Source of the DNA: Chthonomonas calidirosea
GTDB lineage: Bacteria; Armatimonadota; Fimbriimonadia; Fimbriimonadales; Fimbriimonadaceae
Assembly: GCA_945859975.1 (NCBI GenBank)
Contig: CAMAPH010000003.1
Coordinates: 32,001-96,000 of the forward strand
Reading direction: 5' to 3'
Length of the DNA: 64,000 nucleotides
Part shown: positions 27,959 through 37,646 of the stretch, in pieces
How the letters are laid out: the number at the start of each line of letters is the position of its first letter
Position numbering within the stretch: the first letter of the stretch is position 1
Translations under genes and position numbers: made by a program
Notes under the pieces: model-generated
Told to the model about the DNA's origin: nothing
Seen by the model: the letters and a program-made list of their open reading frames with translations, nothing else
Database searches by the model: none

Positions 27959-27997
27959 CCCCTCCCTTTCGCCGTTGAAAACGGCGAGAGGGAGGGG
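27959..27997. repeat. GC-rich REP-like palindrome
   Basis: CCCCTCCCTTTCGCCGTT-gaa-AACGGCGAGAGGGAGGGG, an 18-bp stem with one G-U pair, followed by TTGGGGAGGG. Confidence 0.6.
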
Positions 27998-28059
27998 TTG
28001 GGGAGGGAGAGCCGCCCCGCCAAATCTCCTAGAACTAGCGAAAAATAAACTTCCCCATA

Positions 28060-28099
28060 GCCACACAAGGCAACACAAAGCCACCCAAGGCCAGGCAAA
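28060..28099 (+). repeat. Four imperfect 10-bp direct repeats
   Basis: gccacacaag / gcaacacaaa / gccacccaag / gccaggcaaa. Confidence 0.5.
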
Positions 28100-28135
28100 G
28101 CGTTCGCGGGTTCCCCCGAAGTAAAATTAAGCGCG

Positions 28136-28366
28136 ATGAAGCAGATCCGGGACAACATTTTCGAAATCTCCCACACCGAGTTGGGCAGCCCGGACGAATA
28201 TGGCCGTTACAAGGTCGAAGGCCTCGGCACCGTCCACATCGACATCGCCGACGTCCGCTACATCGCCGACCACAAGAGCCAAGGCTTCGAGCCCACCTTC
28301 TTCGTCAGCCGCGCCCCGGCGATGAATAACGACTTCGTCGTTGTCGCAAGAAACCGAAAAGCCTGA
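28136..28366 (+). CDS. Hypothetical protein (76 aa)
   Basis: Codon usage like neighbouring genes; TAAAAT -10 box 8 nt upstream. Confidence 0.7.
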   Translation: MKQIRDNIFEISHTELGSPDEYGRYKVEGLGTVHIDIADVRYIADHKSQGFEPTFFVSRAPAMNNDFVVVARNRKA

Positions 28367-28389
28367 ATTTTCGGCTATGATTCCGACTA

Positions 28390-28857
28390 ATGTTGGACCT
28401 CGCTGCGCTCAAAAAAACTTATCTGGTCGTTGGACTCAGCGACGCTCAAATCGAAGAGATCGCATCTCTCGCCACGATGAAGCGATTCCTGCCGCAGGAA
28501 ACCCTCATCCGCAGTGGTGAGCAAAGCAGCGACCTTTATCTGATCCTGGAAGGCCGCCTCAACGTCCTCACTTCCGACGGTCAAAAGCTCAGCGAAGTCG
28601 GCCCCGGAAGCATCCTCGGCGAAATCGCCCTAATCGACGCCCGCCCCCGAACCGCCAACGTCGTCTGCACCGGCCTCGTCGACGCCGCCGTCATCCCCGC
28701 AAAGGAACTTCGGGCCAAAATGAACGCTAACCGAGAATGGGGTTTTGTCGTCCTCGCCAACCTCTCCCGGGTCCTCGCCGGCCGCCTCCGCGTGGCAAAC
28801 GACAAGATCGACGAGTTGTACGACAAAACCACCGATACGTGGGATAACGCGTTATAA
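28390..28857 (+). CDS. Stand-alone cyclic nucleotide-binding domain protein
   Basis: LYLILEG and GEIALIDARPRTANV phosphate-binding cassette; no HTH. Confidence 0.9.
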   Translation: MLDLAALKKTYLVVGLSDAQIEEIASLATMKRFLPQETLIRSGEQSSDLYLILEGRLNVLTSDGQKLSEVGPGSILGEIALIDARPRTANVVCTGLVDAAVIPAKELRAKMNANREWGFVVLANLSRVLAGRLRVANDKIDELYDKTTDTWDNAL

Positions 28858-30201
28858 GTCCGCGCCGTTGGACGCCATGACATCGCGGTACCAATACGCG
28901 CTGTCCTTCGGCGTCCGAACCTGGGTCTGATAGTCCACGTGCACCAACCCAAACCGGTGCCGATACCCTTCGTACCACTCAAAGTTGTCCATCAGCGACC
29001 ACTGGAAGTAGCCCGCAATCTCGACGCCATCCTCCCCGGCCCGAGCAAACGCCTGAAGGTGGCGATGCAAGAAGTCGATCCGCTGCGGATCGTGAACCTT
29101 GCCGTCTAGGGCAACCCAATCAGATAGCCCGAGCCCGTTTTCGGTGATGATAATCGGCTTCTTGTATCGCTCATACAAGAACCGCGGCCCCCAGTAAAGG
29201 CAATCCGGCGTCACCGGCCAGTGGTAAATGGTGCGACCAATCCCCAGCGGGTTCGGAACCTCTTCTGGTCCGTTCTCGGTCGCCTTGATGGTCTGCCCGT
29301 TATAAATGTTCGCGCCGAAGAAGTCCATCGGCTGGGCAATCGTCTCCATATCGCCCGCCTTCGGCTTCGGAGCCAGCTCGCCATAGGCTTCAAGCCCTTC
29401 GGCCGGATATTCGCCGAAGAAGATCGGATCGTTCCACCAGGAGTTGCTCCAAACCGAATCCTTCTGGGTGGCGAACATCGACTCGCGCGCCGCTTCGATG
29501 TCTTCGGCCGAGTTGGTAGCCGGAATCTTTGCTGCGCCGACGGGCGCCCAGCCAATCATCGGTGCCGTCTTGGCATGCGCCCGAATCACCTGGCAAGCTT
29601 TTCCGTGGGCAAGCAAGGCATGGTGTCCCGCCAGCAGAACTTCGGCCATTCCCAGCTGGTCTCCCGGCGCATGAATCCCGCTCTGAAGTCCAAGCCCAAT
29701 AAAGCACTGCGGCTCGTTTAGGGTCATCCAGTTCTGGACTCGGTCCGAAAGTCGGTCGACAACGATCTGGGTGTAATCCGCAAACCAGTCCGCATGGTCC
29801 CGGTTCAGCCAGCCGCCCTGCAGATAAAGCTCGTACGGCGCGTCCCAGTGGAACAGCGTCACCCAAGGCGTGATGCCCTTGGCCAGGAGCTCGTCAATCA
29901 GCTGATCATAAAACGCCAACCCCGCCTCGCTCGGCGCTCCTTGCCCACCCGGCTGAATGCGCGGCCAAGAAAGGCTGAGGCGGTAATGCTTCACGCCCAA
30001 CTCGGCCATCATCGCGACGTCTTCGCGGAACCGATTGAAGTGGTCGCAGGCGATGTCGCCGTTGGAAGCGTCGTTGATCTTCCCCGGGCGTCGGCAGAAC
30101 ATGTCCCAAACCGAATACCCGCCCCCCGCCAAATACGGCGCACCCTCAATTTGGTAAGAAGCCGTCGCAACGCCCCAAGCAAAATCTGCCGGAAAACTCA
30201 T
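28852..30201 (-). CDS. GH1 beta-glucosidase
   Basis: WGVATASYQIEG, TLNEP, ITENG and DNFEW motifs. Confidence 0.95.
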   Translation of the reverse strand: MSFPADFAWGVATASYQIEGAPYLAGGGYSVWDMFCRRPGKINDASNGDIACDHFNRFREDVAMMAELGVKHYRLSLSWPRIQPGGQGAPSEAGLAFYDQLIDELLAKGITPWVTLFHWDAPYELYLQGGWLNRDHADWFADYTQIVVDRLSDRVQNWMTLNEPQCFIGLGLQSGIHAPGDQLGMAEVLLAGHHALLAHGKACQVIRAHAKTAPMIGWAPVGAAKIPATNSAEDIEAARESMFATQKDSVWSNSWWNDPIFFGEYPAEGLEAYGELAPKPKAGDMETIAQPMDFFGANIYNGQTIKATENGPEEVPNPLGIGRTIYHWPVTPDCLYWGPRFLYERYKKPIIITENGLGLSDWVALDGKVHDPQRIDFLHRHLQAFARAGEDGVEIAGYFQWSLMDNFEWYEGYRHRFGLVHVDYQTQVRTPKDSAYWYRDVMASNGADL

Positions 30202-30275
30202 TCCCTAAGTATGAGTCAGCGCGCCACAACGTGACCATGCCTCAAATTCCATTCGGAATATCTGGATCGGCTAGC

Positions 30276-30500
30276 TCAATCCGCGAGAGCTCGCAGAAGT
30301 TCGTGGTCTTCCTGCATTATTCTCGTCAAATCGTCAAGCTGCCTTTTGGACACCGCATCAACCTTTGTCAGCTGAAAACCGCGTGGCGTCGGGGTCAGAA
30401 TCAGTTCATCGCCAGCGCCTACCTGCAGCTTCTCTAAAACTTCCGGCGGGATGATCACTCCGAGCGCGTCTCCAACGCTTTGAACCTCGACCTTTTCCAC
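30276..30500 (-). CDS. AbrB/MazE-type antitoxin (Doc-associated type), apparently orphan
   Basis: VGDALGVIIPPEVLEKLQVGAGDEL...ELLRALAD. GTG at 30500 lies 6 nt after TGnTATAAT. Confidence 0.8.
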   Translation of the reverse strand: MEKVEVQSVGDALGVIIPPEVLEKLQVGAGDELILTPTPRGFQLTKVDAVSKRQLDDLTRIMQEDHELLRALAD

Positions 30501-30575
30501 ACTTTGATTATAACAATTCCATAAACCCGCTCCAAGCTTCGGCACAAAACCGCCGATTTCCCGCATATTAGGTGC

Positions 30576-31010
30576 ATGACCAATCTGGAAATGGCGAACC
30601 GACTCCGCGACCTGCGGGATTTCCTGATCATCGCGGGCTACGAGGAAAGCCACGCCACGCGCTACACCCAGATTGCGCGGACGATCGAGAAAATGCCGGA
30701 GCCGATCATAAATCTCCATGTCGAGCATCGCCTCACCGAAATTCCCCAAGTCGGCAAGCTCATCGCACAGTACATGAAGGAAATCATCCGCGACGGAGTC
30801 AGCAGCAAGCAGCTTGAGTGGGAAAAGGAAGCCCCGATTTCCGTGCTGGAACTCGTCCGCGTTCCCGGTCTCGGCGCGAAAACCGCCCGCCGACTATGGC
30901 AAGAGCACCAGATTTCAACCCTCGCCCAGCTTCAGCAGACCGTCCAAGAACAAGACCTTCCGGGCATTGGGCCAAAGATGAAACTGGCGATCTTAGAGAC
31001 GACGCTTTAG
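30576..31010 (+). CDS. Stand-alone helix-hairpin-helix protein resembling the PolX N-terminal region
   Basis: MTNLEMANRL, LTEIPQVGK, VPGLGAKTA and PGIGPK motifs; no polymerase palm or PHP domain. Confidence 0.8.
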   Translation: MTNLEMANRLRDLRDFLIIAGYEESHATRYTQIARTIEKMPEPIINLHVEHRLTEIPQVGKLIAQYMKEIIRDGVSSKQLEWEKEAPISVLELVRVPGLGAKTARRLWQEHQISTLAQLQQTVQEQDLPGIGPKMKLAILETTL

Positions 31011-31598
31011 CTTTTCTTTCTCGCCCGGGAAGTTAGCCCGAAGGTTTTCTGCCGCCATGATTGCCGTGAGCTGCACACGCTTTTGGCGAGTCTCGGCGCC
31101 TTTCGCGTTCAGAATCCACTCCAGAATCCCGCGCTTCGCGGAGCGGGGAAACGCGTCGAAGTTGGCTCTCGCCGAAGGTTCGGCTTCAAGACAAGCGACG
31201 AGATCATCCGGCAGGCTCAGAGATTCAACTTCGTCCAGTGCGTTCCAGGTCCCGTCGCGCTTGGCCTGCTCTATCTTTGCGATGCCGGGCGGCAAAAGTA
31301 AACCAAGCTTCTCGAGCTTTTCAACCCGGTCCTTGTTCACCTTCGACCATTTGCTGGTCCGCTTTCTCGGCGAAATCAAGAGCATCGATCGTTCCTCATC
31401 CAATTTCGCCGGCCGACTATCGATCCAGCCAAAGCAGATCACCTCTTCGACGATGTCGTCATAAGACACGTACTTTTCTGGAACGACCTTTTTGTAGGTG
31501 ACTAGCCAGACGCTGTCTTTCTGCTCGTAATTCGCCGAAAGCCAATTCCGCAGTTCGGCCCGCGAACTGACTTCAACCTGCTCGAACCTGTCCATCAC
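30993..31598 (-). CDS. YdeI/OmpD-associated family protein
   Basis: CFGWIDS, PRK-x-x-SKWSKVNK and AKGAETRQKR motifs. Confidence 0.9.
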   Translation of the reverse strand: MMDRFEQVEVSSRAELRNWLSANYEQKDSVWLVTYKKVVPEKYVSYDDIVEEVICFGWIDSRPAKLDEERSMLLISPRKRTSKWSKVNKDRVEKLEKLGLLLPPGIAKIEQAKRDGTWNALDEVESLSLPDDLVACLEAEPSARANFDAFPRSAKRGILEWILNAKGAETRQKRVQLTAIMAAENLRANFPGEKEKLKRRL

Positions 31599-32785
31599 GC
31601 CTCAACGGTTGCCGGTGCCCGATCTGGAATGAATCGGGTGGCAATCAATGATCCAACCGCAATGACAACGCCGACCCAGAACGGCGCCTGATAATTCCCA
31701 GCGACTTTCCAAAGGTACGCACCACCAACTGGCACGGTGACCGCAGCGACGTGGTTCATCGTGATTCCCATGCTCACGCACGGCGTCAGCTCGCCCGGCC
31801 GGGCGATGCGGTGAAGATAGGTTGTGAATCCGTTGCCGAAAGTGAACAGCACGTTGTCAAGGATGAAGAGGAAGTACAAGACTTCGATGCGCTTGATGGT
31901 CGCGTAACCGACAAACACAAAGACCAGCCCAAGCCCGTAATACAGGAGCGGTCCACGCTCTCCATGCTTGTCTATCAACCGCCCCATCTTCGGCGCCGTG
32001 ATGGCGATCAAGATGGCGTTCAAGAACTGGAGCGCCAGCATGTTCTGCACCGGCACCTTGTAGACAAGGATCAAGGTGAAGCTGGCGAAGATGGAGAAAA
32101 TCTGCCGACGCGATCCTTCAAGGAAGCTGAGCAGATAAAACAGCCCGTACTCTTTTCGGAAGACAATCGGCTGCCGCTTTCCGCCCGCTGAATGATGCGA
32201 AAGAGTCCCGATGCACCAAGCCGCTCCGAGAATGGCGACTCCCGCGATCCAGAAATACGGCTGATAAGTGCCCTTCGGCAGAAGCTGGGAGAGGATGTAG
32301 GCCGTCCCGAGTCCGCCAATCGTAGCGACCGCGCCGACCGAAGACATGTTGCCCAGGTGCCGCCCGCCTTCTTTCCCCTTCGCCAAGGCCAGCGTGATCG
32401 GGCTTTGCATGGTCGCGTAGAGGTGGAATCCAATCGACCAGAAAATCGAGATCCCAATGATGAAGCCCATCACCGGGAAAGAACCCGTCGCGGCGATGCC
32501 AAATGCCGTAATGGCAAGCCCAATCGCGGCAACCCGCGCTTCGGCAATCGCCGCCAGAAGCCCAGCCGTGAGGGCGGTCAACAGACCCGGCACTTCTCGA
32601 AGGCTCTCAAGAAGACCCAGGTCGAACTCCTTGGCTCCGACGGCTTCTTTGAAGAAGTTCTGGAACACGCCGTTATACATCGCGAACCCAAAACCGAAGA
32701 GAAACACCCCTGCAACGAACCGTTTCCAGTCCTGCCGCAGCGATGCGGCTTCGGCTTCTAGGTTCAATTCAGCGGTTCCAGACAC
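31595..32785 (-). CDS. MFS transporter
   Basis: About 12 TM segments; LESLREVPG and GRLIDKHGER motifs. Confidence 0.85.
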   Translation of the reverse strand: MSGTAELNLEAEAASLRQDWKRFVAGVFLFGFGFAMYNGVFQNFFKEAVGAKEFDLGLLESLREVPGLLTALTAGLLAAIAEARVAAIGLAITAFGIAATGSFPVMGFIIGISIFWSIGFHLYATMQSPITLALAKGKEGGRHLGNMSSVGAVATIGGLGTAYILSQLLPKGTYQPYFWIAGVAILGAAWCIGTLSHHSAGGKRQPIVFRKEYGLFYLLSFLEGSRRQIFSIFASFTLILVYKVPVQNMLALQFLNAILIAITAPKMGRLIDKHGERGPLLYYGLGLVFVFVGYATIKRIEVLYFLFILDNVLFTFGNGFTTYLHRIARPGELTPCVSMGITMNHVAAVTVPVGGAYLWKVAGNYQAPFWVGVVIAVGSLIATRFIPDRAPATVEA

Positions 32786-32829
32786 CCGGCTAGCTTACCG
32801 GCAGTCTCGGCTATGTCATAATCGTGAGT

Positions 32830-32917
<88 letters not shown>

Positions 32918-33036
32918 GCAGGCTCCGTTTCTCCCTTTGGCCCTGCGAAAACAAGCTAGCAAATCCCGCTGTTCAGAAGTGACTTTTCGATCACAAAGAT
33001 TACTTGTGGTCGCGAATTGCGACCACAAGAATGAAT

Positions 33037-34488
33037 TTACTTGGCGACGCCGGTGAAGGTTGCCTTCGGATTCCCACCAAAGCTCACGTTGAACTGGCTG
33101 TCAACCGTCACCTGATTTCCAGAGAACTTGAACGAAAGGGTCTGCACGTATGGCGTTTCGTGGTTAGCAATCTTCAGCGTCAAGGTGTCTACAGCCGTCC
33201 AGCCGCCTGAAACCGAGGCTTTCACGTTATCGATGATTTCGCCGACGTCGGTCCATTTAGTGCCGTTGAACGCGATCTCTCGGACCTTTCCGCCGATCGT
33301 CAACTTCACCGCATTCTCGCCAACGCTGAGGTCCGAATAGTTGAGGACATTTGAGTCGAAGCTGAACTTCTTGCCAACCACTCCTGCCGCAGGCTTGGCC
33401 GAGCCTTTTGCCAAGGGCAGAACCAATGACCCCAGCTTTTGCACGAGCGCCTGATGATCTGCTTCTGAAGTCGGTAGTTTTCCGGCGCGAAGCTCTGGCA
33501 CGAACTGATCCCAAAAGATGCTCATGATCGTGCCCATGTCGTTCGTTCCCGACGTGATAGCCACCACCGTATCCTGCTCTGGCATCACGATGCAGTACTG
33601 ACCAAACGCGCCGTCACCGCGATAGAATCCGCCCCTGCAGCGCCAGAACTGGTAGCCGTACCCTTGGTCCCAGTCGCTGTTCGGGTTGCTTCCGTTGCTT
33701 GCCTGCTTCGAAGTCGCAAGGTCCACCCACGCGGAAGGAAGGAGCCGCTGTCCGTTCCACTCTCCACGCTGAAGATAAAGCTGCCCAAACTTCGCGATAT
33801 CTTCGGTCGTGATGTTGAGGCCAAAGCCACCAAGGTCTACGCCTTGCTCATCCTGGTTCCACTTTGGATTCTTTATTCCAAGTGGCTCGAACAACCTGGG
33901 GGTCAAGTACTGCGTCAGGGTGAGGCCGGTCACCTTCTGCGCGATTGCGCTGAGCATGTAGGTTGCCGCCGTGTTGTAGTAGAAAAGTGTGCCCGGCTTG
34001 TGCGCTACCGGAAGGGCAAGAAACTGCTTTGCAATCGAGCCGGAGTTAAGGAATTTGACCTTATCGACCTCATCCCCGTGTTGCCCGGTCGACATACACA
34101 GCAAGTCCCGAATCCGCATCTCCTTGAGGTTGTTCGATGGGGTCGCCGGTGCTTCTTCTGGGAAATGCTTGATGACCGGGTCATCAAGGCTAATCTTGCC
34201 CTCGGCAATTAACATACCGATGGCCGAGGACGCGAAGCTCTTACTGAGCGAATACAGCTCGTGTGGCTTGTTTGCGGCGTACGGCGTCCACCAACCCTCG
34301 GCCACGACTTTGCCGTGACGAACAATCATGATGCTGTGAACATGATCAATCCGCTGCTCGAGCGTGTTGACGAGCTTCAGAAGCCCGGCTGAAGAAATTC
34401 CCTGCGCCTCGGGAGTGCTTCTCGGCAGGTCTGCCGCAACGCCAACGGATGCAATGCTCATCGAAAGTGCCATCAATAGTCTCTTCAT
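33037..34488 (-). CDS. Serine hydrolase, beta-lactamase class C family (secreted)
   Basis: SLSK (SxxK), YNT and GYGYQFW...GDGAFGQ motifs; signal peptide from ATG 34488. Confidence 0.9.
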   Translation of the reverse strand: MKRLLMALSMSIASVGVAADLPRSTPEAQGISSAGLLKLVNTLEQRIDHVHSIMIVRHGKVVAEGWWTPYAANKPHELYSLSKSFASSAIGMLIAEGKISLDDPVIKHFPEEAPATPSNNLKEMRIRDLLCMSTGQHGDEVDKVKFLNSGSIAKQFLALPVAHKPGTLFYYNTAATYMLSAIAQKVTGLTLTQYLTPRLFEPLGIKNPKWNQDEQGVDLGGFGLNITTEDIAKFGQLYLQRGEWNGQRLLPSAWVDLATSKQASNGSNPNSDWDQGYGYQFWRCRGGFYRGDGAFGQYCIVMPEQDTVVAITSGTNDMGTIMSIFWDQFVPELRAGKLPTSEADHQALVQKLGSLVLPLAKGSAKPAAGVVGKKFSFDSNVLNYSDLSVGENAVKLTIGGKVREIAFNGTKWTDVGEIIDNVKASVSGGWTAVDTLTLKIANHETPYVQTLSFKFSGNQVTVDSQFNVSFGGNPKATFTGVAK

Positions 34489-34553
34489 CGAGGGGAACCC
34501 CACTTCGCGGACTTTACCCGCCGATGCAGAATCGAACTTGGATCGCACACCGA

Positions 34554-34593
34554 AAACAAAACAGGGTCCTCGCCAATTTGGCGAGGACCCTGT
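34554..34593 (-). terminator. Intrinsic terminator of the FG-GAP gene
   Basis: ACAGGGTCCTCGCCAA/TTGGCGAGGACCCTGT stem followed by TTTGTTTT on the minus strand. Confidence 0.85.
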
Positions 34594-34607
34594 GATTCAG
34601 TTACCGC

Positions 34608-37493
34608 TTACGAAGCGGTAACGGTGAGGAGCGCACCGCGTGTGCCGTCGCCCGGAATGTTTCCGTAGATCCAGCTCGTTGCGGTCGTGGTTCGGGTGAA
34701 CGTTGTCACGGTTGCCGTGGTCGAAGTCGATCCCGCAGGGATCGTCACCGATACAGGCACCGTCGCAACGCCCGTCTTCTGGCTGGTGAGGTTAATCACC
34801 ACGCCGCCAGCAGGGGCTGGTGCCGCGAGGGTCACGGTAAGGGTCGAACTCGTTCCGCCCTGAACCGAGGTCGGGCTAAGCGCAACGCTTACCAGAATCG
34901 GTCGGTTAACCGAAACGGTGGTGGTCTTACTCGTGGTGACTCGGGCGGTAATCGTTGCCGTCAGGTTAGACGTACCCACCGAAGTCACGGGGAAGATCAT
35001 TGTTGAAACTCCCTGAGGAACGGTGACCGTTGAAGGCACCGTCACCTGTGAAGTGCTGGATGTTAGCTGGACGACCTGTCCGCCAACTCCCGCTGGTCCA
35101 ACTAAAGTGACCGTTCCAGTTGTATTGCCGCCAGCTCGAATCGGGCTCGCCGCGACGGAAACGCTCAATACGTCAACCGCTGGGACAACCGTAACCGTGC
35201 CAGTCTTGAAGCTATCGATAAGCACGGCAATGATGTTAACCGCGGTGGAAGACCCTACCGATCCGGCCGTGGCGTTGAAGGTCACGCGCGCTTGACCTGC
35301 CGGGACTACCACCGAGCTTGGCACGGTGATCGCGGCATTATTGCTCGAAAGCGAAACAGTGGCGCCGCCAGTGGGAGCAACGGTGTTCAACGTAACCGTT
35401 CCAACCACCGTACCGCCGGCATTCACCGTCGGGCTGGCGAACGTGACCGAGTTCATTCGGGCAGTCTTGACCGAGATCTGGGCGGTGTCGGTATCGAATC
35501 CGGCCGCCGTGGCGGTGACGGTGGCAAGGGTATCTGCAGCAACGTTGAGCGAAGTGACATCAACGCTTGCCGAGGTCGCACCTTCTGGCACAACGATCGA
35601 AGCAGGAGCGGGGAAAGCCGCGCTGTTGCTGGCCAGCGAAACCGTCGTTCCACCAACTGGTGCTGCCGAAGTTAGCGTCACGTTCAGGCTAGCCTTTGCG
35701 CCACCTTTGACGGTTGCCGGCAAAGTGAGGTTGATCGCGTCGCCAAACTTAAAGGCATACGCGGCACCCTGAAAGCTCGTGTCGCCCGTGGCGCCGACCA
35801 GAGCATAGTCACCTGCGAGTGAAACGAAGCCACCGAATCGCTTACTGGCCGCGATGTCGGAAGGGGTGATCTTTTGGGCTTGCGAATACACGCCAGCCGT
35901 TGAGTTGAAGACGTATGCCGCACCGCGGAAACTCAAATCGGCAATCGCGCCGATCAAAGCCTTGGTGCCATCAAGCGAAACACTAAACCCGAAGCAAATC
36001 AGCGCCGGGGCGTCGTTTGGAAGCAGCTTTTGACTCTCCGACCAAACGCCAGCCGAGCGAGTAAAGATGTAAGCCGAACCATAGTTCGAATCGTTCGCAT
36101 AGGCTCCCACGATCGCCGTGTCACCTTCGATGTCGACGGACCAGCCAAAGTTGTCTTGGGTTTCTCCATCGCTTGCGGTCAGCTTCTGCTGTTCCGTCCA
36201 TACGCCAGCGGCGCGGGTGTACACATAGGCTGCGCCTTGGTTGTCGGCATCTCCGAAGGAGCCGATGATTGTGGAGTCTCCGCTAACTGCGACGCGAACG
36301 CCGAAGTTGTCACCGGCTGCGCCGTCAGAAGCAACAAGTTTCTGTTGCTCGGTGAAGGAAGCGCCACCGTCGACGAACACGTATGCTGAACCCTGGATCG
36401 CATTCTCGACCGAGGCACCAACAACGGCGGTCGTTCCGTCGAGGTCAACGGCGTTGCCGAATTCATCTCCAGAAATACCGTCGCTGGCAAGAAGCTTTTG
36501 CGACTGCGTAAAGGTTCCGGCGGCTTCGCGGAAGACATAAGCCGCGCCCTGTGAACTGTCGTCTAGAGGTGCGCCAACGACGATCGTTGGACCGTCGATT
36601 GCAACGGCGATTCCGAAATTGTCATCGGCAACGCCGTCGGCCGCGACAAGCTTCTGGGTCTGCGTCCAAGCGCTGCCGGTTCGGCGGTAGACATAAGCCG
36701 CGCCGCGGGCCGAGTCGTTTTGATATGCACCAACGACGGCAACGTCTCCGTCCAGATCGACGCTGACGCCGAGAGCGTCGCCGCTATCCCCGTCACTTGC
36801 CGTAAGTTTCTGCTGCTGGAACCAAGTTGGGTCGATCGTGACCGGATAGACCGCCGCGCTGTCATCAACCGCGACTTCGATGCTCTGGCCAGAGACTTCA
36901 AGGCGAGCCGGGAGTTGGGTTCCGCGAGCGTCCCAAACCTTAAGGCCGGCATAAGTCAACGTCGAATTCGCTCCTCGAACTTCGACCGCATCGGTGGAAA
37001 GTGACTTAAGTTGAGTTGCTCCGGAAACGGAAAGCCGCACCCAAAGCGAGCCGCTAGCAATCGACGCACCTGGTCGGGTGGAGACTTTCATCCAGTGGTG
37101 AAGGCCGTCTGCACCGTTTACGAACCATTCAGAAAGACCGGTTCGTGCAAAAGAAGCGACTGGCCAACCGGCTGTATCTTTGCCAAGCGTGGAAGACGTG
37201 TTGCCCGGCGCGCCTCGCGTCGAACCGCGACCGAAAGCGGCAACTCGAACGCCGATCTTGTCCGAGCCAGCCTTGAGGGTTAGCGCCCCCTGAGAAGAGA
37301 GTTCGCTTGAGTAACCCAAGCCCGGTTGACGAGAAACAACTGATCCAGACTCCTGCAACTCAAACGCGCGAACTGACCGTGCAATCGCATCGTTCAATCC
37401 TCCGCTTTGACCCGGACCAAAATCAGCCTGCGCCGACGCCGCTGATACGAGCAACAGCGGTAAAGCGCGCAAGAAAACACTGACGCGTGACAT
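34608..37493 (-). CDS. Secreted surface protein: 7 FG-GAP repeats (beta-propeller) + ~4 Thr/Val-rich Ig-like repeats
   Basis: Signal peptide; seven QKL-x-ASDG...FG-x-x-V...VGA...GAAYVF repeats; C-terminal VTL-x-x-x-AP-x-GG-x-x-V-x-L-x-S repeats. Confidence 0.88.
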   Translation of the reverse strand: MSRVSVFLRALPLLLVSAASAQADFGPGQSGGLNDAIARSVRAFELQESGSVVSRQPGLGYSSELSSQGALTLKAGSDKIGVRVAAFGRGSTRGAPGNTSSTLGKDTAGWPVASFARTGLSEWFVNGADGLHHWMKVSTRPGASIASGSLWVRLSVSGATQLKSLSTDAVEVRGANSTLTYAGLKVWDARGTQLPARLEVSGQSIEVAVDDSAAVYPVTIDPTWFQQQKLTASDGDSGDALGVSVDLDGDVAVVGAYQNDSARGAAYVYRRTGSAWTQTQKLVAADGVADDNFGIAVAIDGPTIVVGAPLDDSSQGAAYVFREAAGTFTQSQKLLASDGISGDEFGNAVDLDGTTAVVGASVENAIQGSAYVFVDGGASFTEQQKLVASDGAAGDNFGVRVAVSGDSTIIGSFGDADNQGAAYVYTRAAGVWTEQQKLTASDGETQDNFGWSVDIEGDTAIVGAYANDSNYGSAYIFTRSAGVWSESQKLLPNDAPALICFGFSVSLDGTKALIGAIADLSFRGAAYVFNSTAGVYSQAQKITPSDIAASKRFGGFVSLAGDYALVGATGDTSFQGAAYAFKFGDAINLTLPATVKGGAKASLNVTLTSAAPVGGTTVSLASNSAAFPAPASIVVPEGATSASVDVTSLNVAADTLATVTATAAGFDTDTAQISVKTARMNSVTFASPTVNAGGTVVGTVTLNTVAPTGGATVSLSSNNAAITVPSSVVVPAGQARVTFNATAGSVGSSTAVNIIAVLIDSFKTGTVTVVPAVDVLSVSVAASPIRAGGNTTGTVTLVGPAGVGGQVVQLTSSTSQVTVPSTVTVPQGVSTMIFPVTSVGTSNLTATITARVTTSKTTTVSVNRPILVSVALSPTSVQGGTSSTLTVTLAAPAPAGGVVINLTSQKTGVATVPVSVTIPAGSTSTTATVTTFTRTTTATSWIYGNIPGDGTRGALLTVTAS

Positions 37494-37646
37494 ACCAATT
37501 TAATGATGGGCCGCAAGCGGGCAAAGGATTCCTCTTTTTTCCGTCACACCTGAATTGTTTGATAGGTCTTGCCGATTCTAAGGGATTTGTTCCAGAAATC
37601 CTTTGCAACGAATCAAAGGCTCCCAAGGTCTTTACGTTGAGTTGCC

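Noticed and set aside
12267..30200. Apparently stronger C-over-G skew on the plus strand in parts of this region
   Set aside because: Impression by eye only; it needs a sliding-window calculation and may be ordinary replication-strand bias.
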